From an uncultured Acidobacteriota bacterium (GTDB taxonomy: Bacteria > Actinomycetota > Acidimicrobiia > Spongiisociales > ZC4RG35), in the NCBI GenBank assembly GCA_963828465.1, contig CAWHEU010000028.1, positions 1 through 54,592 on the forward strand: a DNA stretch of 54,592 nucleotides, in the 5' to 3' direction. The notes under the pieces were generated by a model. That model saw only the letters and a program-made list of their open reading frames with translations. It ran no database searches and was not told the DNA's origin. A program made the translations under genes and the position numbers. Below are positions 10,082 through 18,599 of the stretch, one piece after another. Position 1 is the first letter of the stretch; each line of letters starts with the position of its first letter.

Positions 10082-11089
10082 CTAGGTGTGACTCCGGACG
10101 AAATCCTCTTGTTCCTCGACGAGACCGTAGGAGCCTTCGAACGTGGCCCCGTCGAGGAGGGCTTCCCCGGTGTCGTCCACGAATCGGGTGGCGGAGAGGG
10201 CTGTGTTGGTCAGATCGGCCTCGGTCAGGTCGGCACCGGAGAAGTTCACTCCTTCCAGGTCAGACCCGGATAGGTCCGCCTCCCTCAGGTCCGCGCCTCG
10301 CAGGTCGCTCAGCGAGAGATTCGACTCGCGCAGATCGGCACCGGAGAGGGACAGACCGCGCAGGTCGCAGTTCTTGAGATACATGCGCCGTAGATCGAGG
10401 CTGGCCGGCTCCCAGCCACGCAGATCCAGCCCCATCATCACCCGGCTCCGGTACTTGTCGTACCCGGTGGCACCGATGAACCGCTCCAGTTGCTCGGGGC
10501 GGATCGAGCCGCTGGTGAATCGTTCGTCTCCCGCCCAGGGGTCGGCGTTGTTGTGGTAATACGAGCCCTCCTCCCACCAGCCGAGCCGGTCCTCGGCGAG
10601 GACCACGACGCGTCGCACCCATTTGAGGGACTTGTAGAAGTATCGGCTCGGGGTGACGACTCGAACCGGCCCACCGTGCCCGATCTCCAGCGGCTCACCG
10701 TCGAACGAGTGGACCAACCAGCTGTCGTCTCTCGCCACATCGATTGGCAACGAAGTGTGATGATCCCGCTCGGAATAGGCCTCGAATGAGACGAAGGCGG
10801 CCCCGGGAAGCGGCTCAGCCTCGGCGAGGAGGATGCGGAGCGGCAGACCGGTCCAGGTCGAGCCGAACCGGGTCCAACTGGTGACACAGTGGATGTCGAA
10901 GGTCAGTTCTCGATCAGCCCGGGACAGGAAGGTGTCGAGGTCGAGGATGAACGGGTTCCGGACCAGCCCGGTCACCTCTACCTGCCAGGCTGAGGGATCG
11001 GTGAGATCGGCCGACGGGACGCGCTCGCCGACCATGGGGAAGCGCTTGGTCTCGATTTGGCCCGGGGGGAGGGTGGTGGGGGAATTCAA
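10082..11089 (-). CDS. Sulfite-oxidase-family molybdopterin-dependent oxidoreductase fused to C-terminal pentapeptide repeats
   Basis: DIHCVTSWT (Mo-ligand Cys), HGGPVRVVTPSRYFYKSLKWV, LGWWEEGSYYHNNADPW; C-terminal (A/S)DLxx repeats ADLRE SNLSL SDLRG ADLRE ADLSG SDLEG VNFSG ADLTE ADLTN. Confidence 0.88.
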   Translation of the reverse strand: MNSPTTLPPGQIETKRFPMVGERVPSADLTDPSAWQVEVTGLVRNPFILDLDTFLSRADRELTFDIHCVTSWTRFGSTWTGLPLRILLAEAEPLPGAAFVSFEAYSERDHHTSLPIDVARDDSWLVHSFDGEPLEIGHGGPVRVVTPSRYFYKSLKWVRRVVVLAEDRLGWWEEGSYYHNNADPWAGDERFTSGSIRPEQLERFIGATGYDKYRSRVMMGLDLRGWEPASLDLRRMYLKNCDLRGLSLSGADLRESNLSLSDLRGADLREADLSGSDLEGVNFSGADLTEADLTNTALSATRFVDDTGEALLDGATFEGSYGLVEEQEDFVRSHT

Positions 11090-11142
11090 CGCAGTGGGAG
11101 GGTGGGGGTGTTCAACACCGCGGAAGGGCTTGGGAATTCAAC
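11067..11142. repeat. Three degenerate tandem repeats with exact 26-nt period
   Basis: TTCAAC at 11085, 11111, 11137, each preceded by a G-rich GG(G/A)AGGG..GGG tract. Confidence 0.7.
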
Positions 11143-12189
11143 CGGCGAAGGCGCCGCTCGGGTCTTCCGCCATCTCCGGTGCCAGATAGTCGTCGACCAG
11201 GTCGGCGATGTCGACACCGGCCACCAGGACCGCCGCCCCTGATGCCGTCGTGGCATCGGAGACGGGTATCTCCAACTCGTCGATGTTGCCCCGGCTGAGC
11301 CCACGCAGGCTCCAGCCCAGGTCTACAGCGTCGATGAACGAAAGCTCTGAGTCGACGGTGACGAAGGGAGCTATCACCTGGGCGGTGTCGGCGATAGCGG
11401 TCGGGCTGCTGAAGTCGGACAGGTGGCCCATCATGGCCAGCAGGAACGCCCTCTGCCGCTCGTTTCGGGTCAGGTCGTTGACGCCAGGCATGACACGCCA
11501 GCCTTCATCAGTCAGCTCTTGGGTGTTGCGAGACCTCAGCCAGGCCAGGGTCTGGGCCCCGGTGGCCTGGGTGCAGCCCGCCGGCAGCTCCAGTTTCGCC
11601 CTCTGATCTCGCACGGCGCGCTCCAAACAAATCTCGTAGCCACCAACCGCATCGACGGCCTCCTGGAAGCCGGCCAGATCGATCAGGGCGAAATGATCGA
11701 TCTGCTGGCCGATCACCGATTCGACCGTCCGGGTGAGGGCCGTAGGTCCGTTGTATGCGGCGCACCCCTGTAGTGAATCGTTCAGTCGGTGCTCGTTGCC
11801 GTCATTGCACACGTCGTCGACCAGCAGGTCGCGCGCGGAAGCGAGAGCAATGCCGCTCTGGATCCGTCCGAGGGACGTATGAACACCATGACAACGTCTG
11901 CTCGCTGACCCACGAAGTCACCGAATCCTGCGTCGTCCTCGAGCTCATCCCGGGAGTCTGAGCCGACGAGGAGGAATACCTCCATGCCTTCCGGTATGCC
12001 AACTGCTTGACCGGAATCCGTCTCCGGCTCTTCCTCCGGAGTCTCCTCGGCGGGTAGCTCCGCTACCGGGTCCTCCCGGTCGATGGTCACCCGGTTGACG
12101 TCTCCCCAGGTCGACATGGTAAAGACTGCTCCCACAACGAGGAGCAGCCCAAGAGCGATCGCGCCGCCAATGATCAGTCGTTTTTTCAC
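11138..12189 (-). CDS. LCP (LytR-CpsA-Psr) family cell-wall ligase, frameshifted by an extra GC dinucleotide near 11833
   Basis: N-terminal TM; FLLVGSDSR, RADVVMV, LLSLPR|DLLV (restored by removing one GC from CGCGCG), AVDAVGG, LAWLRSR, DLTRNERQR. Confidence 0.88.
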
Positions 12190-12264
12190 AGGTTGGCTTA
12201 CAGATACCCGGCATCGCCCATTCTAAGACACCAGATGGTGGACGAATCTGGGGAAGGGACCAGG

Positions 12265-12807
12265 TTAGTTGTTCACATACTCGGGAAGTCCGAGAAGTGA
12301 TCGGACCATGTGGGCCGTCGCCCCCCAGAGCGTGTCCCCCTCCAGGTCGTAATACCAGACCTGGCGACCGTCCCACGGGACATGCCACCAACGATCCCCG
12401 TCGGCCAGATCGTGCAATCTCGGGGTGTGAATGCGGGCGACCTCCCGCTCACTGGGTATCAGGTTCAGTGGCGTAGCGACACGACCCACCACCGGCACCA
12501 CCCAGGGCTTGAACTCGACAGTGTCGATCGGGGGAAGAAAGCCGAGCACCTCCACCCTGTCCCGCTCGATGCCGACCTCCTCGTAGGCCTCGCGCAACGC
12601 GGTGTCGATCGGACCCGAGTCCTCCGGGTGGGCCCTTCCACCCGGGAACGAGATATGGCCGGCGTGAGTCGGCATCGTCTCGGGGCGTTTGGTCAGGACC
12701 ACTCTGACCTCGCCCTCGTCGTCCTCGTAGAGCGGGGCCAGAACGGCGGCGAGATGGAGGCCCTCCCCCAGAGGGAGGTCCTGGACCAAATGCAGCCGAT
12801 CCCACAT
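12265..12807 (-). CDS. Nudix hydrolase, CoA pyrophosphatase (NudL/PCD1-like)
   Basis: AAVLAPL, VLTKR..MPTHAGHISFPGG, ALREAYEEVGI Nudix box, LWGATA. Confidence 0.92.
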   Translation of the reverse strand: MWDRLHLVQDLPLGEGLHLAAVLAPLYEDDEGEVRVVLTKRPETMPTHAGHISFPGGRAHPEDSGPIDTALREAYEEVGIERDRVEVLGFLPPIDTVEFKPWVVPVVGRVATPLNLIPSEREVARIHTPRLHDLADGDRWWHVPWDGRQVWYYDLEGDTLWGATAHMVRSLLGLPEYVNN

Positions 12808-12843
12808 CGAGCCTCAGGTTAAGCCCGCCGATAATCTGACCCC

Positions 12844-13428
12844 GTGCCGAAGTCCACGCTCGAGACCGACCGCATCAGGCTGCAGCGATTCAGCCGACGC
12901 GATCACACCACGTATGACGAGGCGGCGAGGGCGTCGCTGCCCGAGCTGAATCAATGGCTCCCCTGGGCCCGGCTCGACTACGAGCATGGCGACACGACCG
13001 CTTTCATCCGCGAATCGATGCAGGCCTGGAAGGAAGACCGGGCCTGGGACTACTCGATCAGAGTCAAGGACGACCCGGATCGACATGTCGGAAGCGTCTC
13101 CCTTTGGACCGTGTCCAAGCTGGGAAAGATCGCCGAGTTCGGCTACTGGGTCCGCACCGACGAGCACTCGAAGGGGATCTGCACCGAGGCGGTCGATCGC
13201 CTGCTCGAGGAGGCCTTCAACTCACTCGGATATCACAAGGTCACCCTTCGCATCGCAGTCGGTAACCACGCCTCGGATCGTGTGGCGGAGAAGCTCGGGT
13301 TCACCCGGGAGGGCGTGCTCCGCGAAGAGCTCCTGATCCGAGGGAATTGGGTCGATCACTCCCTCTGGTCCCTGCTCGACCGCGAGTTCAGGGCCATCCG
13401 CCGTGGCGAGATGCGCGGGAGCCGATGA
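12844..13428 (+). CDS. GNAT acetyltransferase, RimJ/RimL family
   Basis: LETDRIRL, AEFGYWV...KGICTEA, NHASDRVAEKLGFTREG.LR. Confidence 0.92.
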   Translation: MPKSTLETDRIRLQRFSRRDHTTYDEAARASLPELNQWLPWARLDYEHGDTTAFIRESMQAWKEDRAWDYSIRVKDDPDRHVGSVSLWTVSKLGKIAEFGYWVRTDEHSKGICTEAVDRLLEEAFNSLGYHKVTLRIAVGNHASDRVAEKLGFTREGVLREELLIRGNWVDHSLWSLLDREFRAIRRGEMRGSR

Positions 13429-14483
13429 GCCGGCTCGATACCGAATCTCTCCGGAACTGGATCGACGAACAGAATGCCCAGCATCTGTTCAGCGGAGTGG
13501 CCCTCGTCCGGGCGGGGGGCGAAACGATGTTCGAGCACGCCGCCGGTCTGGCCCACCGCGGGCACCGAGTGCCCGTCACCATCGAGACCCGATTCCAGGT
13601 GGCCTCTGTCACGAAGATGATCACGGCGGCCACCGCCCTCAAGATGGTCGAGGAAGGCGCCCTGAGCCTCGATCGGCCCTTGATCGGCTACCTACCGCCC
13701 GATCAACGCCCGGCCAGCCTCGACGAACGGCACACGCTTCATCATCTCCTCTCCCACACCTCGGGGCTGCCCAACTATCACGACGACGAAGATGAGACCT
13801 GGGCCTCGTTCATGGGTGCCCTGGACAGGATCCCCGCCAGCAGGGCTCGAGGTCCTCTCGATGTCCTTCCCTTGTTCGCCGACCTCCCCGCCGTCGACGA
13901 CTTCGGCGAGTTCCGCTATTGCGATGCCAACTATGTTCTGGCCGGCATCCTCATCGAATGGGTGTCCGGCCGGCCCTTCAACGAGGTGGCCCGGGACAAA
14001 GTGCTGGACCCGGCCGGGATGACCCGTTCCGGGTTCTTCGAGCTGGACCTGGAGCCAGACGACTATGCCATGGGTTACGTGGTGTCCGACGAGCCAGCCG
14101 AAACTTGGCGGTCGAACACCTATGGCCTCACGGCGAGCGCGATGCCCGACGGAGGTATGACCACCACCGCTCACGACCTGGACCGCTTCATGGAAGCCCT
14201 GCGCGATGGAAAAGTCCTCTCGAAGGAGACCTTCGACTCGATGCTCACCGTGCATGGCTCCGACGAGGAGGAGTCCTATGGCTACGGCATGGAGCTCGTG
14301 GTGGATGACGACTCGGTGATCATCTACGGGCACAGCGGCCTCGATCCCGGTGTCACTGCGGTCGTCTCGCACTATGTGAGCGCTGGGATCACTGTGACAG
14401 TCCTATGCAACCAGGACCAGGGATCGTGGCCCGTCGCCCAGACGATCGCCGCCGATCTCGGTCTCCACGACCCCCGAGATTGA
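13425..14483 (+). CDS. Serine hydrolase, beta-lactamase class C/penicillin-binding family
   Basis: SxxK (ASVTK), LLSHTSG, FRYCDANY, GHSG; ATGA overlap with upstream GNAT stop. Confidence 0.9.
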   Translation: MSRLDTESLRNWIDEQNAQHLFSGVALVRAGGETMFEHAAGLAHRGHRVPVTIETRFQVASVTKMITAATALKMVEEGALSLDRPLIGYLPPDQRPASLDERHTLHHLLSHTSGLPNYHDDEDETWASFMGALDRIPASRARGPLDVLPLFADLPAVDDFGEFRYCDANYVLAGILIEWVSGRPFNEVARDKVLDPAGMTRSGFFELDLEPDDYAMGYVVSDEPAETWRSNTYGLTASAMPDGGMTTTAHDLDRFMEALRDGKVLSKETFDSMLTVHGSDEEESYGYGMELVVDDDSVIIYGHSGLDPGVTAVVSHYVSAGITVTVLCNQDQGSWPVAQTIAADLGLHDPRD

Positions 14484-14495
14484 CGGGTCCTTCCC

Positions 14496-15452
14496 TCAGA
14501 CCCGATCCCGAAGAGTCGGAACGGAACCCTTTTCAGATTGTCGGATTCGCTTTCGCCTGATAACCCACAGGACGGCCACACCGCTCAGGACGATGGCCAA
14601 CACATTGATGACCAACTGGGTTGCTGCTCCTTGCACGCTCTCCCAGTCTCCGTAAACCGCCGCTACGCCGACATTGGCCGCCGCCGGGATGGTGGTCACC
14701 GATATCAGCACCCCGACGAGGACGGTTGACTTGGCTCCGACCAGGGCGAGCACGCCGACGACACCGGCGAGAACGGCCACGATCACCGAATACCAATTCG
14801 GATCGGAGATGAAAAGGGTCAGCTCGTGTTCCTCGGGCAGCAAAACGCTGGGGGCGATCCCGATCAGACGAAGCAACGAGGTGAGCGCGGCGGCGGACAC
14901 GATTCCAAGCGGGAACCCGACCAGGATCGCTTTCAGCGACGTCGCCGCCTGTCGGGGGCGGCCCTCGACGAGCGCCACGCTGATGCCGGCAAGAGGCCCG
15001 TACTCGGGCCCCACCAGCATGGCCCCGATGAGGAGGATGATCGAGTCGGTGAGGATCCCGATCGCGCCCATCATCGTTGCAATGACCATGAGGACCAGGA
15101 ATGAGATGGAGAGAGTGGAGCTCTCCAGCACCCGACGCTCTACGTCCTCCCACACCACCGCATCGGCCGGGGAGCCTTCCGCGGCCAGCTCGGCATCCCG
15201 GGCGCCCCTCGAGAGCGAGACGTCGACATACTCGGCCGCAATCGACCCCCTCTCCTCCACGCCGAGAGCACGCAGTTCCCCGAGCAGCCGAGTTGCGTCC
15301 TCCCTGGCGACATCACAGGAGACGAGATCACCTGCAGGCTTGGCGGCCGCCCCCGCGAGTCGCCACAGGTTGGTCACCTCCGGCGCCTCCTCGAGGATCT
15401 CCATCACCGGTGGCACCAGATCGGGCGGGACGATCAGGCGGAGGTGAAGCAT
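14496..15452 (-). CDS. DUF389 family membrane protein
   Basis: Soluble N-terminus then ~7 TM; DSIILLIGAMLVGPEYGPL, LVGVLISVTTIPAA. Confidence 0.85.
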   Translation of the reverse strand: MLHLRLIVPPDLVPPVMEILEEAPEVTNLWRLAGAAAKPAGDLVSCDVAREDATRLLGELRALGVEERGSIAAEYVDVSLSRGARDAELAAEGSPADAVVWEDVERRVLESSTLSISFLVLMVIATMMGAIGILTDSIILLIGAMLVGPEYGPLAGISVALVEGRPRQAATSLKAILVGFPLGIVSAAALTSLLRLIGIAPSVLLPEEHELTLFISDPNWYSVIVAVLAGVVGVLALVGAKSTVLVGVLISVTTIPAAANVGVAAVYGDWESVQGAATQLVINVLAIVLSGVAVLWVIRRKRIRQSEKGSVPTLRDRV

Positions 15453-15482
15453 CTCCGCATCCTATGGGCCGGGCCCGTGTCG

Positions 15483-16967
15483 TCAGCCCCCGGTTGCGAT
15501 GACGCGGCTGGCCTCGCCGATGAAGGTGGCGATGGCCGGGAAGAACCCGATGGCGACGGTGATCACGAGCGAAACCAGCAGCGCAAGACGTAGCGATCCG
15601 GCGGGTGCGGCCTCGACATCGGGGGCGAACTCGCCCACCGGGTCGTCGAGCCAGACAGCTTTGACCACCCGGGCGTAGTAGTAGAAGGCGATCACCGAAT
15701 TGACGGCTGCGATGGCGGCGAGGGTGACCGTCGCGGTGCCGCCGGCAATGATCACCGAGCGGAACATGGCGAACTTGGCGAACCACCCGGCCAAGGGCGG
15801 GATGCCGGCCAGACTGAAGAAGAAGACGGCCACGAGCACCGCCAGCCGGACGTCCACCTGGGAGAGTCCCGACCAGGCCCTGATCTCACCGGATCGGGTC
15901 TTCCTGGCCCCCGCAATGACGACTGCGAATGCCCCGAGGTTCATCACGGCGTAGATCACGAGATAGACCAGCGTCGCCGAGAAAGCCTCGGCCAGGTCTG
16001 CACCCGCCACGGCCGCTGCGGCAAAGGGCACGAGCATGAACCCGGCCTGGGCGATCGAGGAGTAGGCGAGAAGCCGGACGATGTTGGTCTGGCGGAGGGC
16101 GGCGAGGTTTCCCACCGTCATCGACAGCACGGCCAGGATCCACAGCGCCGGAGCCCACACCTCGGAGATGTCGGGCAGGGCCTGGTACATGACCAGGAGG
16201 AAGGCGACGAAGCCGGCTGCCTTGGAATTGACCGACAGGTAGGCGGTAACCGGAGTAGGCGCCCCTTCGTAGGTGTCAGGTGCCCAGAAGTGGAACGGGA
16301 CGGCAGAGATCTTGAAACCAAACCCGACGATGAGCCCGAACAGGGCGACCACCATGATCGGCTCGTCGGCGAGACCCGCAGTGGCTTGGGCCAGACCTGC
16401 GAACGTGACCTCACCGGTGAGCCCGAACAGCAGCGACATCCCGTAGAGCATGATCGCGGTGGAGAGGATCCCGAGGATGAAGTATTTCATCGAGGCCTCG
16501 TTCGACTTGGCATCGCCTTTTCGCCAGCCGGCCAGGAGATAGAGAGGACCGGTGGTGAGCTCGAGCCCGATGAAGAGAATGATCAGGTCCCGGGACGAGG
16601 CCATCACGAGCGACCCGAGCACCGAGGCGAGGAGGAGGAAGTAGTACTCGCCCTGGTAGTAGCGCTCGGACTCGATGTAGTGATGGGACATGAGCAGGAC
16701 GATGTAGGCCGACACGATGAACAGGCCCTTGAGGATGACGGCGAACTCGTCGACCACATATGAGCCGTCGAACATCGATCTGACTGTCCCGTCGGCGGCG
16801 AGCATGACGAGGGGCACGGCGGCGAGGGCAGTGCCGGCGACTGCCACGGTCGCGATCCAGAACTTTCGGGCGCGGGGCAGGATGAGATCGAGAGCGAAGA
16901 CCCCGAGCATGGTGGCGACCACCACCAACTCGGGGGCAAGCGCGAAATAGTCGATCTCGAACGGCAA
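15483..16967 (-). CDS. nuoN: NADH-quinone oxidoreductase subunit N (operon 1)
   Basis: EASMKYFILG, FKISAVPFHFWAPDTYEGAPTP, RLLAYSSIAQAG, SLAGIPP. Confidence 0.95.
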   Translation of the reverse strand: MPFEIDYFALAPELVVVATMLGVFALDLILPRARKFWIATVAVAGTALAAVPLVMLAADGTVRSMFDGSYVVDEFAVILKGLFIVSAYIVLLMSHHYIESERYYQGEYYFLLLASVLGSLVMASSRDLIILFIGLELTTGPLYLLAGWRKGDAKSNEASMKYFILGILSTAIMLYGMSLLFGLTGEVTFAGLAQATAGLADEPIMVVALFGLIVGFGFKISAVPFHFWAPDTYEGAPTPVTAYLSVNSKAAGFVAFLLVMYQALPDISEVWAPALWILAVLSMTVGNLAALRQTNIVRLLAYSSIAQAGFMLVPFAAAAVAGADLAEAFSATLVYLVIYAVMNLGAFAVVIAGARKTRSGEIRAWSGLSQVDVRLAVLVAVFFFSLAGIPPLAGWFAKFAMFRSVIIAGGTATVTLAAIAAVNSVIAFYYYARVVKAVWLDDPVGEFAPDVEAAPAGSLRLALLVSLVITVAIGFFPAIATFIGEASRVIATGG

Positions 16968-16970
16968 GCG

Positions 16971-18584
16971 TCAGCCCCCAGATCCCAACGAGGCCACAGT
17001 CTCCGAATTGAAGATCATGTCGACGAGCGAGACCACACTGTCGGTGGTGGCGTTGAAGATCACCTTCGGATAGAAGCCGATCACCACGATCAGGACGATG
17101 AGTGGCACCCAGGCGGTCATCTCGAACCGATCGACATCACGGAACTCGTGGCCCTGCCACTCCTCCCCGGGCTCACCGAGATTCACCTGCTGGAGCAGGT
17201 AGAGCATGTAGGCGGCGGTCAACACGGTGCCAATGGCGCCGAGCACCATCGCGGTGCGGAACACGCCGAGCGAGAGCCCCTCGAGCGGGTTGTAAGCCCC
17301 GATCAGGGACATGAACTCGCCCCAGAACCCGGCCAGCCCGGGCAAGCCGAGCGACGCCATCGCGGTGAAGGCGAGGATGCCTCCCATCACCGGCATCAGC
17401 TTCATGTTGCCTCCGAGACGCGACATCTCCCTGGTGTGGTAGCGGTGCGACATCGACCCGGCGAGGAAGAAGAGGAGCCCGGTGATCAGGCCGTGGGCCA
17501 CCATCCCGATGATCGCGGCGTTGATGCCGACATCGGTCATGGTGGCGATTCCGAGCATCACGAACCCCATGTGACCGACCGACGAGAAGGCGATCAGACG
17601 TTTCATGTCGGTCTGGGCGAGACATGCCAGAGAGCCGTAGATGATTCCGATCACGGCCAGGATCGCTATGGCCGGGGCCCAACTGGCTGCCTCCTCGGGG
17701 AGGATGGGCAGGGAGATCCTGATGAAGCCGTAGGACCCGAGTTTCAGCATGATTGCGGCGAGGAGGACCGAGCCGACGGTAGGGGCGGCGGTGTGAGCGT
17801 CGGGCAGCCAGGTGTGGAGCGGCCACATCGGGACCTTCACCGCGAAGCCGAGGAACATGGCCAGGAAGACGAGGAAGGCAAACCGCCCGGTGAACGCCCC
17901 TGAGGCTCCCAACTCGGTCAGCTGCGGGATAGAGAAGGTGCGCTCACCCGATTCACCCGATTGGAAGTAGAGGGCGAGGAATCCCAGCAGCATGAAGGCC
18001 GACCCGAAGAGGGTGAATAGGAAGAACTTGATCGCGGCATAGAGACGGGTCTGCACCTCGCGTCCGTATCCGGGGATCTTCCGGGGGGACCGATCACCCC
18101 AGATCCCGATCATGAAGTACATCGGGAGCAGGACCACCTCGAAGAAGATGAAGAAGAGGACCAGGTCGAGGGCGAGAAACGTGCCGTTGAGCCCGGTGGC
18201 CAGGATCAGCATCAGGATCAAGAAGCCCTTGGGGTTGTGCGGCTCCTCCCAGTGGTTCCAGCTGTATATGACCGCCAGGACCATCACGAAGGTCGAGAGA
18301 ACGAGAAGGGGCAGGCTGATCCCGTCGACGCCGAGGTGATAGTTGGCGTTGATCGCCCCGATCCAGGGCAGGTCGACCTCAAATTGATAGGTGTTGTAGG
18401 GAAGTCCAGAGAAATCGAACTGTGCGATCACCCCGACGGAAACGACAAACGCGGCCACAGCGACCAGCAACCCCGCCCCTTTCAGGGCCATCTCGTTCGT
18501 CTTCGGGATGATGCCGATGAGGAGCGCTCCGGCCAGCGGCAAGAACACGATGAGGGTGAGGGCCCAGGTTTCGAACAGTTCCAT
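16971..18584 (-). CDS. nuoM: NADH-quinone oxidoreductase subunit M (operon 1)
   Basis: LGVDGISL, FFIFFEVVLLPMYF, AVKVPMWPLHTWLPDAH, KRLIAFSSVGHMG. Confidence 0.95.
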   Translation of the reverse strand: MELFETWALTLIVFLPLAGALLIGIIPKTNEMALKGAGLLVAVAAFVVSVGVIAQFDFSGLPYNTYQFEVDLPWIGAINANYHLGVDGISLPLLVLSTFVMVLAVIYSWNHWEEPHNPKGFLILMLILATGLNGTFLALDLVLFFIFFEVVLLPMYFMIGIWGDRSPRKIPGYGREVQTRLYAAIKFFLFTLFGSAFMLLGFLALYFQSGESGERTFSIPQLTELGASGAFTGRFAFLVFLAMFLGFAVKVPMWPLHTWLPDAHTAAPTVGSVLLAAIMLKLGSYGFIRISLPILPEEAASWAPAIAILAVIGIIYGSLACLAQTDMKRLIAFSSVGHMGFVMLGIATMTDVGINAAIIGMVAHGLITGLLFFLAGSMSHRYHTREMSRLGGNMKLMPVMGGILAFTAMASLGLPGLAGFWGEFMSLIGAYNPLEGLSLGVFRTAMVLGAIGTVLTAAYMLYLLQQVNLGEPGEEWQGHEFRDVDRFEMTAWVPLIVLIVVIGFYPKVIFNATTDSVVSLVDMIFNSETVASLGSGG

Positions 18585-18599
18585 TTGCTCTCAGCTCTC

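Noticed and set aside
11067-11142. Possible mini-CRISPR array
   Set aside because: Period of 26 nt leaves no spacers, the repeats are degenerate, and there are no cas genes
13425-14483. Serine hydrolase as a true antibiotic-resistance beta-lactamase
   Set aside because: No signal peptide and YxN is replaced by YCD; it fits the broad esterase/peptidase family, so resistance cannot be claimed
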